Virus record (IMG/VR): IMGVR_UViG_2534681837_000002
Location: 13,498 to 77,497 of that record
Length of the DNA: 64,000 nucleotides
Direction: 5' to 3' (one strand)
Source of the DNA: a virus
Lineage: Duplodnaviria > Caudoviricetes
This document shows, piece by piece, positions 48,469 to 58,547 of this stretch. A model generated the notes under the pieces. That model saw only the letters and a program-made list of their open reading frames with translations. It was not told where the DNA came from and searched no databases. Position 1 is the first letter of the stretch. Each line of letters begins with the position of its first letter. The translations under genes were made by a program, and so were the position numbers.

Positions 48469-48867
48469 TTAAGGCGTTATACAGATGTTTCTACTCCTTA
48501 AATCGGCTCCGCGCTTTTCCGCTAAAATCAGCGAAACCTGCAAAAACTTCACTGCGGTAAACTTCACTGCAACTTTCCCCGCAACACAAAAACAGGTAGC
48601 ATATATCTCACCTATCTTATTAAATTTGTCACAGTATAGCTGCATTTTTTCATACGTACAATCGGACACAATGGTGACGTAATCCTGATATATGTTCAGA
48701 TGAACGATTTCAGTAAAACGCACATTATTCACCAAGCACTTTTGTATATTCACGCCCAAATACTTTTGGATGTTATATATTTGGTCTATGCTTGGTTTCT
48801 TCTTGTACTTTTTTACACGTTTCCCGATTTGGGAAACATAATCTCCAAGACAATACATTTCTCGCAT
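48469..48867 (-). CDS. Hypothetical protein (132 aa)
   Basis: ORF, co-oriented. Confidence 0.45.
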   Translation of the reverse strand: MREMYCLGDYVSQIGKRVKKYKKKPSIDQIYNIQKYLGVNIQKCLVNNVRFTEIVHLNIYQDYVTIVSDCTYEKMQLYCDKFNKIGEIYATCFCVAGKVAVKFTAVKFLQVSLILAEKRGADLRSRNICITP

Positions 48868-48888
48868 AACATTTCATTTTAGTCATTG

Positions 48889-48964
48889 CACACATTGGGG
48901 GAATCGAACCCCCAATTTTATGCCACGGGATACCGCTTTTGCAATATCCCGTTCATATTGTGTG
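48889..48964 (-). other. tRNA-like structure with T-loop (GGGGG-TTCGATT-CCCCC), no D-arm
   Basis: Stems cacaca/tgtgtg, cgggata/tatcccg, attggggg/cccccaat. Confidence 0.55.
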
Positions 48965-48967
48965 TTG

Positions 48968-49678
48968 TCAAGCTGCAACCGTTGCAACTTCTTCTTTCTT
49001 CGCTTGCTTCTTTTCTGTTTTTGCAGCTTTCACGGCTTTTACAGCTTCCGCTCTTTCGGCGTTTTCATCTGTATTTTCAACAATCTTTTTTCTTGTCGCT
49101 TTCGGAGCTGTTTTCTTTGCAGTTTTAGACTCCATAGAAGCTGTTTTACTTGGCTCGTCTACTTCTTGCAGTTGCTTCAGTACGTGTGCCTCAATGTTAA
49201 GCATACTCCACGCACTCTCCGCAATTTTGTAAGAATGTTCTTTCAGCATTTTGTTTGTCGGGTAATCTTCACGAGTTTTTGACTTAGGCGTGATACCAAT
49301 CCGTTTCTCTATCAAGTCCAAATTGTACGTTGATGTGTCAAAAACTAATTCTCCGGCATTGTACATAAGTATGTCAAACTTGTCTAAGTTACGGAAAATG
49401 TTTCCACAACGCAAGTCCTTCTTCGCAAGTCTCTCAATCTCGAATTTGACAGTCCATGTGTTATAAAACATAGATTTCCAAGCATTTTTCAGCTCGTCAA
49501 CCGTAGGAACTTTACTTTTTGCGTAAAGCGCCACACGTTCAAGCACAATTAGCTCGTCTTTGTTTCTATTACGTAACACGACATTGCTAACAGGACGCTC
49601 TAACAGCATAGCTGCAAATTCTGTAAATGAATAAACACTCACGATTTCTCTTTTTTCTACTACGTTAATTGTCTTCAT
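48968..49678 (-). CDS. Protein with Lys/Ala/Glu-rich, histone-tail-like C-terminus (236 aa)
   Basis: SKTAKKTAPKATRKK...AVKAVKAAKTEKKQAKKEE. Confidence 0.75.
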   Translation of the reverse strand: MKTINVVEKREIVSVYSFTEFAAMLLERPVSNVVLRNRNKDELIVLERVALYAKSKVPTVDELKNAWKSMFYNTWTVKFEIERLAKKDLRCGNIFRNLDKFDILMYNAGELVFDTSTYNLDLIEKRIGITPKSKTREDYPTNKMLKEHSYKIAESAWSMLNIEAHVLKQLQEVDEPSKTASMESKTAKKTAPKATRKKIVENTDENAERAEAVKAVKAAKTEKKQAKKEEVATVAA

Positions 49679-49716
49679 AATGGTATAGTATTAAAATGTA
49701 CTGAATTGTACATAGT

Positions 49717-49747
49717 TCGTGGGGCTGGAATCGAACCACCCCCACGA
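49717..49747 (-). other. T-loop hairpin (GG-TTCGATT-CC) in the 5' leader of 48968-49678
   Basis: tcgtgggg/ccccacga stem capped by TTCGATT on minus. Confidence 0.55.
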
Positions 49748-50109
49748 TAAGACGTACTTAGTACGTTAGTCGGATAAGTGTATCTTTGTCTATTCTGCAA
49801 ATAACTAAATGAATGTAGTTCATACGTTCTAATGCAGAATAGATAAAAAGAAGAACGTTAAAATTACATTCAGTCAAGCGAAAAGATTTACCCAATAAGC
49901 GGGCAATTCGCTTTGTGTGCTCTATGTTTTACGTAATATATATTTTGCCTAATACAATTTAGCCTTAACTCTTTTTCGTCAAACAGTTCGTTACCGCTTA
50001 TTTGCTCGAATTATTTTTTTTAGTCGTACCAAAAGTAAATAGTATATTTACGGATTATTCGCACACTGCAAAGTACTAACTTTGCTTTTTGTTCTCTACA
50101 AAGAACTTT

Positions 50110-50232
50110 TTTTTGTCCGTCTCGTTTCCGTTCCGGTGAAAGCTCTTTTTCAAACGATAGTAAAAAAGTCAAATAAAAAATTTCGTTTCGATAAACTTTT
50201 AAATCTTTGTTTTTGTCCCTCTCGTTTCCGTT
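50110..50232. repeat. Two 23-bp direct repeats exactly 100 bp apart
   Basis: tttttgtccgtctcgtttccgtt (50110) and tttttgtccctctcgtttccgtt (50210). Confidence 0.8.
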
Positions 50233-51138
50233 TGGGAACAACACTAAAGTAATAAACTAATTTGGAATAGCAAATTATTTCTATCTTTTTTTTCTAATAT
50301 TATTCCGTAAATGGCTGAAAGCCAATAAGGTACGCCTACGCGCGAGAGATGTTCATAAACTATTGATATTCAACTATTTACAAACTACCTGTTTTATTGA
50401 AAAAAAAATATTTTCTCTATTTTTTCAAAAAACAGGAATATAAGTAGAATAACGAATTGAAAGTTATTTGTAATTATATTTTAAACGTTGATTTTCTGAT
50501 AGTTAGCAAAACAGAGAATAGCTTTTAAATAGTATATAACGACTAAAAAAGGTTTTTTTGATTAAAATTGATAGCAAATAATATATATAGACATAATTAG
50601 AACGACTTTTAATAAAAGACGACCTTATAACCGTTTGATTTACAACAGTATAATAATTTAATATAAAGATTAGGGTAGGTGTGCCCTGAGTGGTGATTCC
50701 ATACGTGCCCGGAGGGTAAATTTTCAAGTCTCGTTTTTAATTGGATTTTAAGCGTTGCTAGCAAAATAGTTTTCGATTTTATTTTTTGTATGAATATAAG
50801 AACACACATAACAAATAATGCATTCTATATTTAAGCAAAATAGCTTTTTGTATTTAGATGAGCAATCAGAATCTATATATTTATATATATTATTACACAT
50901 ACATTCTAATTATATCATTATTACACACTTGCAGTCAAAAGCTGAGAATGAATAGACTATTTGTTTTTCTCATCAAGTTATTGTGTTTTTTCAAACACAC
51001 AACCTTATATAATACTCCATTCAGGTCTCGCATATACAGTTATGCCTATTTACTTATTTGTTCAGTTTGATACCCTATTTAATGGCGTTAAATATTTATT
51101 GTTTTAAATAGAACTTTTTTATTTCGAAGTTTAAATGG

Positions 51139-51146
51139 TATCTTTG
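51139..51146 (+). promoter_or_regulatory. -7 promoter box
   Basis: TATCTTTG upstream of the 51214 ATG. Confidence 0.65.
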
Positions 51147-51213
51147 CAATAGATGTATAAATTCTATAAAATCAAAATAATACAAGAATATATTTTAGTA
51201 TTTGAAACTTGAA

Positions 51214-52167
51214 ATGAAAAACAGGACCCAAATTCTATCATTTATCAAGACAATCAAGCCAAAGACTGTAGTAGATAAAAAGAAAATTATTCAATATTGT
51301 TCCCAGATGGGAATACAATTTGCGTTCAATGCCAATAATGATGATCTTAAACGAACCACCTTCAAAGAGTTCCTAACTTGGGCTAATAACGATTCCCCAG
51401 AAATAGGCAAAATACTTGTTTATCCAAACCCTTTTGTCACAATTGGCATTGTATCTATGGTGACTCCCGAACAAATTTACCTAGGACCAGCCTTATTTGG
51501 AGAAGATGGATTGGTCATCAACAACGTTGAGAAACCAACATCCGGATATAGAGAGGCTACAGAACAAGAGACTCTAAAACTACATCAAGTGCTACTAAAT
51601 AAAGGCTTTTGTTGGAATCTATGGCAAAATAAATTTGTAAAAAGTATCTATATCCCAAGGCAAAACCAATTTGTAAGATTCCGGTCCTATACCACCAGCC
51701 ATGAAGGCGTAGGGATATTTAAAAAAATCACAGACACTGGAGATATTGTAATGTATTGCGTTAAATCAGACAATTCTCCAATACAATACTCCCTGCATGA
51801 AGTTATAGGAAAAAAGGATTGTTATCAGTTTGCTGCAGCCACCAAAAAAGACATTCGCGCTTTGAAAGACGAATTGTATCAAGTCGGAAAAATCTGGAAT
51901 GGTTATTATAGTCGGATACAACCTGTTGAATTTTTCGTTAATAACGGCGAGGAATACTGTTACATATCTGATAAAGGCAAGATTGAACATGGACGTAGAA
52001 ACAACTCGATTGCATGTAAAGAGAGAATCGCTTTTGGTAATATTTTTGCAGACACTAAACAAGCCGAAGATTTTCTGCGCAAAGTACAAGAAATAATAAA
52101 GAGTGAATTATGCAAACCGACAGTTGAAGGCAATGCCTTAAAACGCATCAAAGAAGCCCGTAGTTAA
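51214..52167 (+). CDS. Hypothetical protein (~317 aa)
   Basis: Long ORF; ATG at 51214. Confidence 0.8.
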   Translation: MKNRTQILSFIKTIKPKTVVDKKKIIQYCSQMGIQFAFNANNDDLKRTTFKEFLTWANNDSPEIGKILVYPNPFVTIGIVSMVTPEQIYLGPALFGEDGLVINNVEKPTSGYREATEQETLKLHQVLLNKGFCWNLWQNKFVKSIYIPRQNQFVRFRSYTTSHEGVGIFKKITDTGDIVMYCVKSDNSPIQYSLHEVIGKKDCYQFAAATKKDIRALKDELYQVGKIWNGYYSRIQPVEFFVNNGEEYCYISDKGKIEHGRRNNSIACKERIAFGNIFADTKQAEDFLRKVQEIIKSELCKPTVEGNALKRIKEARS

Positions 52168-52600
52168 ACGTTTGCCTTCAAAACATATCCGTCATCCATT
52201 TACATGGCAAAATTCAGCACAGGGAAAAAGAAAGCGGTTCTATTGAAGATATTGCCTAAGGATGTTCATATATATAATTTTAAGATACACTCTAAATAGC
52301 TTTTAGTTTTAATGTATACCACCTAAAATACCTATAGAACAATATAATATCTTTTTAATATAAAGACAAACCCATAGGGTTTGCTATATAGTCCTCTCTT
52401 TTTGGTTCTTTTTCTAAGGCTTAGAAAAAGAACAGTTTCTTTATTAATATTCTATATAATAACCCTATATATACTCTTACTATAAATATATATTATAATA
52501 TCTTTATATATAACTTATATATTATATAGATGATAGTTTTCCAAGGGGGGGGGTAACCCATTTTAGTTACCCCCTGGATTCAGACATATTTCCAGCATTT

Positions 52601-53074
52601 CTAATCGGGATCAGGGAAAGATGGATATTTAAGGGATGAAATGAGACGGGTATGTCTCAGTTTTACAATTTCTCTTTCAGCTATATCTTCGACTAATCTG
52701 CCCTGTTTGAGATACATCTCACAAAACTTTATCAACTCATCAACATTATTGGTACATGAAAGGATATTCACCAACTTCCCATACACTTCCAGATCGAATG
52801 AATAATAAACCCTGTTTCCCAGTTTGTTATTCCACTTCCTCAAAAGTTTCATATGGATGAGTTTCTTTACGGAGTTATTAAACGCATTTTTACTGATTCC
52901 CATGCGTTTTATATATTCTGCATTACTCCAGTTAGTTGAAAAGCCATGCTTCTTAAGATATTCAAAATTTATCATATGCAAAATGAAACGGGTCTCTGAT
53001 GGGGTAAAAAGGTATGAAAGACCTAAAGGATATTCCACGTATAAAAACTTTCTCAGACATTCATTTCTCATCAT
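52601..53074 (-). CDS. Winged-HTH protein, possible replication initiator or regulator
   Basis: SNAEYIKRMGISKNAFNNSVKKLIHMKLL wHTH pattern; next to an AT-rich tract. Confidence 0.5.
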   Translation of the reverse strand: MMRNECLRKFLYVEYPLGLSYLFTPSETRFILHMINFEYLKKHGFSTNWSNAEYIKRMGISKNAFNNSVKKLIHMKLLRKWNNKLGNRVYYSFDLEVYGKLVNILSCTNNVDELIKFCEMYLKQGRLVEDIAEREIVKLRHTRLISSLKYPSFPDPD

Positions 53075-53118
53075 CTTCTTTGTTTTGTTTTCAAAATTCT
53101 AAATTAAAACTTCTACAA

Positions 53119-53604
53119 TTATAAATCTGGTATTTTCAAAATCAAGCTCTGTGCTTCATTAAAGCGTGCAAAAACGTTCAATACCTTTTCAACATTCTGT
53201 TCATCAATCCAAGTTTTAGCAACTTGCCAACTTATGGATTTATTAAATTGGTAATTATCCAGTTTAATCGTATGATGTGAAAGCTTTCCTTCTGTAGGCT
53301 TCAATCCTAGATCATGCAGCTGGCACAACCCATTCTCAAAAAAGATGCATCCTTTCTCCAGCTTTTGTGCCTGAATCATTCGGATAGTATAATTAACCCT
53401 TCCAAGAAACAACCCAGTAGCCCACTCCGTCAATGCAAGTTTATCAATAAAACCAGCATCAATCAGACTCAAAATGTCATCTGGAGTTCCTAAGCAGGGA
53501 GTTCTCAGACACTGTTTTTTACACTCTTGACATTTACAACCTATCGGTTTACGTCCAGTTTTCCGTATTATCTTCTCAAATATAGATTCACTCATTACTT
53601 TCAT
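53119..53604 (-). CDS. Cys-rich YkgJ/Fe-S-cluster-like protein
   Basis: CKCQECKKQC..PC...GCIFF.NGLC.LH..KP.EG. Confidence 0.65.
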   Translation of the reverse strand: MKVMSESIFEKIIRKTGRKPIGCKCQECKKQCLRTPCLGTPDDILSLIDAGFIDKLALTEWATGLFLGRVNYTIRMIQAQKLEKGCIFFENGLCQLHDLGLKPTEGKLSHHTIKLDNYQFNKSISWQVAKTWIDEQNVEKVLNVFARFNEAQSLILKIPDL

Positions 53605-53619
53605 GTTAAATATTGATTA

Positions 53620-54786
53620 CTATTCCTTTGCTTGTGTACCCAGATTTTTGGATTTCCATAGTTCTAGAATATATTCACGACCAGCAGGCGTCCATCTTAC
53701 TTCTTTGTTATATGTATTTGTCTTCCCTTTCTTGTTTTTCCAGTAATATGGGACTACACATTGAAGAAGTGCATGATTCTCATGTACAACTAACTGTTGA
53801 TTTTTACGTATGCATATTTTCTCTTGCAAGAGGAAATTATGTAATGTCCGGGTACTTATTTGAAGTTCTTCAGCAATTATACTGGACTTGAAATAATCCC
53901 GGTTTTCTATGAATTTCTGATAAAATTCAACTTTGGGCTTGTTCTTTGCCGCTTCCTCCTTAAGTTCCTTTATTTCTTCGAAAAGGGTAACAGTTAATTT
54001 TAAAGCTTCATCCATTGTTTGGGGTACTGAATAACCACTAACCAAATCAGAGTGTCCCCTACTCGGCTTACCAATAGATTCATTTTTTTGAATCACTGAA
54101 TCAAATTGTTCTACTTTTAGTTCCAATATCCTGTCACCACACCACTGAGCAAAATCTGCTGACAGCCATTCAGCAAACCCCTGAACTAAAAACTCATCTA
54201 TCCATGTTGCACCATTAATACCTCTAAGTGTAATCACCTGGCCTTCATAAGATGTGGATTTTCCACCGGAAACCAACGAATGACGGAGTTCCGAAGTGGA
54301 TTTAAAACGTATCCATACAGCCGGGGATTTTCCATAAGCTTTAGCCATTTCTGTCGCATTCACAAATATTTTACCGTTACCTATTTTGAAAGTTATAGGA
54401 AACTTATCCATGAAAGTGAATACAACAGGCGTTTTTTGGTCGATAATAAAGAGGTCAATTCCATTATCCCTAAAACTTCCTGCCCATATTTCCAGTTCCT
54501 CACAAAGTCTTTCCATCAGCTTACTTTCATTTTTGAGTAGAAAGACCAGCTTACTTACATCTCTGGGGCGAATGGCGTACAAGGGTTTATCATTCTTCTT
54601 AAAAATGATTCTACTACTGGACGGACACAAGTTCTGTGCTTCCCTAGTCTCCATCATCATTGGTCGTTTAAGTACTTTACATAAGTCATATAGACATATC
54701 CAAGTTCCATTTGCACCTCCTTCTCTTAAAATTCGTATCGGCTTGTTCCTAAAGTCGATTACCTGATAACCTTCTCTAGTCTTCAT
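53620..54786 (-). CDS. Antirepressor-like protein: Bro-N + KilA-N + C-terminal ANT/KilAC
   Basis: WICLYDLCKVL (Bro-N); FVNATEMAKAYGK..GATWI (KilA-N); PQTMDEAL..KPKVEFY..WTPAGR (KilAC); start MKTREG at 54786. Confidence 0.85.
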   Translation of the reverse strand: MKTREGYQVIDFRNKPIRILREGGANGTWICLYDLCKVLKRPMMMETREAQNLCPSSSRIIFKKNDKPLYAIRPRDVSKLVFLLKNESKLMERLCEELEIWAGSFRDNGIDLFIIDQKTPVVFTFMDKFPITFKIGNGKIFVNATEMAKAYGKSPAVWIRFKSTSELRHSLVSGGKSTSYEGQVITLRGINGATWIDEFLVQGFAEWLSADFAQWCGDRILELKVEQFDSVIQKNESIGKPSRGHSDLVSGYSVPQTMDEALKLTVTLFEEIKELKEEAAKNKPKVEFYQKFIENRDYFKSSIIAEELQISTRTLHNFLLQEKICIRKNQQLVVHENHALLQCVVPYYWKNKKGKTNTYNKEVRWTPAGREYILELWKSKNLGTQAKE

Positions 54787-55126
54787 CTTCCCGCCTTCTT
54801 TTGTTTCTGGAATGATGAGCCTTACGCCTATGAGCCATATCTCTAACAGAACGATAACTTCTATTGGTTTCTCCACATAGCTTATCAAATTCTTTTAATT
54901 GCAAAGCACCAATATCTTCCAGGGATACTTCTACATTCTCATTAGCGTAGCGGTAGTAGTAGCCGCCAGTCGAAATATAAAGACCGGTACAAGCAAATGA
55001 AATAGATTGAAGGTTACCACCAGAATACTCTGCGGTCGTGTTTAGAGATCTTAGAATACCGATAAGAACTTGTGCACCATTGAAAACTAGTACCAATTTC
55101 GAATCTTTAAAAGGTTTTTTCATCAT
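54776..55126 (-). CDS. NUMOD1-like HTH protein
   Basis: SLNTTAE...ISFACTG...TGGYYYRY. Confidence 0.55.
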   Translation of the reverse strand: MMKKPFKDSKLVLVFNGAQVLIGILRSLNTTAEYSGGNLQSISFACTGLYISTGGYYYRYANENVEVSLEDIGALQLKEFDKLCGETNRSYRSVRDMAHRRKAHHSRNKRRREDED

Positions 55127-55550
55127 GTTTTAAAAGTTTAGTTATTTGTTCCTCTGATAATCTGTCTTTAACCATTAACGCCAAGCATGTATCTGAAAGT
55201 ACAATACCGTCTAGTAGCATGTCCGACATTCTTTCCAGTATATGTATTCCAAATGCTGGATCAACGTAGGCTACCAGTGCCAATGCTAAAGATTCGTCAA
55301 TTAAAAAATGTCCCCTATCGTTCATAATGATTAGACTGTCAGGCTTCAACTCATAAGTGTCACATACGGATTTTATCCAGAATGCAAACTGAGCACTAAA
55401 ATCTATTACAGTATGTTTATCGGCATTCCCTTTGTTTTGAATATAATGCGTTGCGTCTGCATACGCAATGCCCTTTGCCGATGTGGCGAACAATAGTTCC
55501 GGGAACTCTCTGTACTTCATCTGAGTACAGGTAATGTTTTCAATGTTCAT
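55107..55550 (-). CDS. KilA-N-like DNA-binding protein
   Basis: YADATHY...GHFLIDESLALALVAYVDPAF; likely start MNIENI. Confidence 0.55.
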   Translation of the reverse strand: MNIENITCTQMKYREFPELLFATSAKGIAYADATHYIQNKGNADKHTVIDFSAQFAFWIKSVCDTYELKPDSLIIMNDRGHFLIDESLALALVAYVDPAFGIHILERMSDMLLDGIVLSDTCLALMVKDRLSEEQITKLLKHDEKTF

Positions 55551-55592
55551 TCTCTTTTTCTCATACTTATTTTTATTAATGTTAAAACTTTG

Positions 55593-55600
55593 CAAATATA
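55593..55600 (-). promoter_or_regulatory. -7 promoter box of the regulator operon
   Basis: TATATTTG on minus strand. Confidence 0.6.
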
Positions 55601-55848
55601 GAGCTTTACTTTTTCAAAAAAGAGTGTATTTAACCTACATATCTCATATTTATTTCTCTTTTAATACTGAATTACAGTAAATTATACAACTGTTAATAAT
55701 AGAACTGGAAAAGGCCATCCAAATTACTTGAATGCAAGTCAGGTCTGTATCAATCGTTTATATTTTTAAACTTAATGTCTTTTTTTGTTAAAAACAACCT
55801 TGTCACTTCTCAGAATGCTATTCCTCTTAAAAAACAATAAAAAACAAG

Positions 55849-57168
55849 GTGACAACAGAAGGCACATTCAACCACGAACTTCTGGAAAGTATTTTTCGTA
55901 CCAGCAAAAAGACTATCCAGGAATATGTAAGGGAAGTAGACCGTAATAATCGGTACCGTTCCATACGGGGACAAACTACCGTAGTAGGGACAATATTAGA
56001 TGACCGGGCACAACTCATAGACTTATATGACGCCTGCCTCCAACAGGATGCCCACATCCGCTCTGTTATTGAGACTTTGGAATCTCAGATTTTAGGCGAC
56101 AGATATATGTTAGCTAAACAGAATGAAAAAGGGAAATACGTTAAGGATATAGAACAGACTCATTTAATACAAGGTTCTCAGTTTGACACTATCATCAAAG
56201 GAATTGTCGAAGCTAAGTTATATGGGTTCACCCTTTTGGAGATTATGCCGAATACAAATCCAAAAACGGGAAAACTGGCAGAAGTGAACATTGTAGAACG
56301 AAGGAATGTACTGCCGGAACAGAAGGTTGTAGTCAAACGGCAAGGAATCTGGTATCCAAATTGGGATCTTGATTCTGCAACATACAATAGAAACTACATA
56401 CTGATAAACTGCAGAGACCTTGGATTATTTTCAGCCACGACTCCTTTAATTCTCGCCAAAAAGTTTACAGTAGCCAACTATATAAACTTTTCCCACACCT
56501 ATGGACAGCCCATCATACACGGAAAGACAGTTAGTGAGAATAATGGCGACAGGAAGCGTTTAGCTCAAGATATCGCCAATGCTGCACAAAACAAAGTCAT
56601 TGTTACCGGTCTCGAAGATGAAATTGAGATTAAGACATTCACAATGAGCAACTCTGAAAAGATATATACAAGCATCATCGAGTTTGTCAATAGCGAGGTA
56701 GCTAATTTGATTTTAGGAAGTGAAAGTATGGCTGGTGGTATGCAGAGTTACGTCGGCTCGACTAAAGCACATCAGGATATATTTCGTGAACGCATAGAAG
56801 TTTATCGCCGATTCATCGAAAACGTGATGAATGAGGAAGTGCTGCCAAGACTGGTAGACATGGGATATATCAAACCCGGATTGGAGTTCAAATACAGTAA
56901 TCGGATTGAGATGAACAATGAAGACCGTATCAAGCTGTACGGTCTGATAACCGACAAATACGAGGTTAGTGCCGATGAGATTGAAAAGGAGTTCGGGATA
57001 AATGTAGGTCGGCAGATCAATGTGTTATCTGCGGACAGTAGTTTGCCTTCTGCTTCCGGTAGTTCATCGAATGACAGGCGTATCATGTCAGAAGAGGAGT
57101 ACTACAGGCGTTATGGGCATCCCAGAGAGAGCAAGGTCGCAAATTTTATCATGGGAGCAGGAAAGTAA
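55849..57168 (+). CDS. Portal protein, DUF935 (Mu gp29-like)
   Basis: DLYD..LQQDAHI.S; YGQP..GK; ILGSE; first gene of the head module. Confidence 0.8.
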   Translation: MTTEGTFNHELLESIFRTSKKTIQEYVREVDRNNRYRSIRGQTTVVGTILDDRAQLIDLYDACLQQDAHIRSVIETLESQILGDRYMLAKQNEKGKYVKDIEQTHLIQGSQFDTIIKGIVEAKLYGFTLLEIMPNTNPKTGKLAEVNIVERRNVLPEQKVVVKRQGIWYPNWDLDSATYNRNYILINCRDLGLFSATTPLILAKKFTVANYINFSHTYGQPIIHGKTVSENNGDRKRLAQDIANAAQNKVIVTGLEDEIEIKTFTMSNSEKIYTSIIEFVNSEVANLILGSESMAGGMQSYVGSTKAHQDIFRERIEVYRRFIENVMNEEVLPRLVDMGYIKPGLEFKYSNRIEMNNEDRIKLYGLITDKYEVSADEIEKEFGINVGRQINVLSADSSLPSASGSSSNDRRIMSEEEYYRRYGHPRESKVANFIMGAGK

Positions 57169-57200
57169 ACGACGGGTTCCTGCTCCCGGAAGCCGGCGAA

Positions 57201-58010
57201 GTGAAAGCCTTTGATAAAGAAAAAGAGAGCCAGACGCATGAAGAGTTCTTATTGATATTACCCTTGTTCCGGAAGTTAATACTAACTCAGAAAGATACCG
57301 CTGGTTCTTATGACATTTTGGAAGAAATGATTTCTCTTAGAGCATCATTTCTTTTGGATCGTGTATTCGATGGCATGCATATGAATTTTGACAAGGCACT
57401 AAACTTGCTCCGTAACAATAATGAGTTTACTACCTTACAAGAGAAAGAGGAAAGGGATATTCTGGTTGCTGCAATAGACAATCTGGTAGATTTTGCAGCT
57501 GCCGAAGAATATACATTGATGAGGGAATTACCTGATGAAATAGATACAGAACATCCAGAACTTTATGAAGGCTTATGCAAAAAATACAACGAAGTGTATG
57601 CTTTACAAGAGAATGAGGATACTCTCCATGCGGCGACGATAGCAGCATGGTGGATTACTATTCCGCGAGAAACACTCATCACTTACATGACTCAGGGAGA
57701 TGAACGAGTCCGCGCATGGCATCTTTCAATGGAAGGACTCACTTTTCCAAAGTACGAGTTTCCGGAAGCATTGATTCCACCAATTGAGCACGGATGCAGA
57801 TGCTATTTAATAACAGAAGGTTCTATGCCAAACGTACACGCATCCCTGAAAAGAGATAAAGATTATCAGAAAAAGGTAAATCCGGTATTTTTCGGTAGTC
57901 TCGCACGCAAGGGGAAAATATTTTCTCAATCCCACTCATATTTCAAGAGTGCATTACCGGAGAAGGTAGAGGCGATTGTTAAACGTATTAAAAATAAATT
58001 TTATCTATAA
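57201..58010 (+). CDS. MuF-like head morphogenesis protein
   Basis: YMTQGDERVRAWH...PPIEHGCRC. Confidence 0.88.
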   Translation: MKAFDKEKESQTHEEFLLILPLFRKLILTQKDTAGSYDILEEMISLRASFLLDRVFDGMHMNFDKALNLLRNNNEFTTLQEKEERDILVAAIDNLVDFAAAEEYTLMRELPDEIDTEHPELYEGLCKKYNEVYALQENEDTLHAATIAAWWITIPRETLITYMTQGDERVRAWHLSMEGLTFPKYEFPEALIPPIEHGCRCYLITEGSMPNVHASLKRDKDYQKKVNPVFFGSLARKGKIFSQSHSYFKSALPEKVEAIVKRIKNKFYL

Positions 58011-58546
58011 TGGACTTAACCCCAGAACAATTCTGTGCACAATGGGTAAACGAGAAGAGAGAACCACTGTTATCCAGCAAGTTAGAGTTTAACATGAATA
58101 ATTTTATCACTGATGCGGGAAAATACACAAAGGAATGTTTTGAGTCATCATTCAGCAACCAAATGTTTTATCGCAGTGGAAAGCCCTGGAAGCCAAGAAC
58201 ATCCAGATGGGGAAAAATGCGTAATCATCCTATATTGAAACATACCGGAGAATTGTTAGGAGCAATCCAAAATATTGCAAATCAACGACATACAAGGAAT
58301 CGGCATCGTGAAAGTTATACCATCTTTACACTGGAAGAAAATCACGGGCAAAAAGCCAGTAAAAAGTACAAAGGCAAAGGATATGCCGCCGTCCACAATA
58401 CAGCCCCGGAGTTCCAGAAGTATCATGTAAATGGTAGAAGTAAACGCAAACCGGTTCAAAGACAGTTCATTGGGTTCAGCCCCTATATCGATGAATATAT
58501 ACTACAACATTTTGTTCCCAAAATTTTTGAAGGATTCCCTAAATAA
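58010..58546 (+). CDS. Virion morphogenesis protein (Mu gpG/tail completion-like)
   Basis: WKPR...ILKHTGEL...YAAVHN...QRQFIG. Confidence 0.75.
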   Translation: MDLTPEQFCAQWVNEKREPLLSSKLEFNMNNFITDAGKYTKECFESSFSNQMFYRSGKPWKPRTSRWGKMRNHPILKHTGELLGAIQNIANQRHTRNRHRESYTIFTLEENHGQKASKKYKGKGYAAVHNTAPEFQKYHVNGRSKRKPVQRQFIGFSPYIDEYILQHFVPKIFEGFPK

Positions 58547-58547
58547 T

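Noticed and set aside
48889-48964. Functional tRNA gene
   Set aside because: Canonical T-loop but no D-arm, no 7-nt anticodon loop and an imperfect acceptor. Kept only as tRNA-like.
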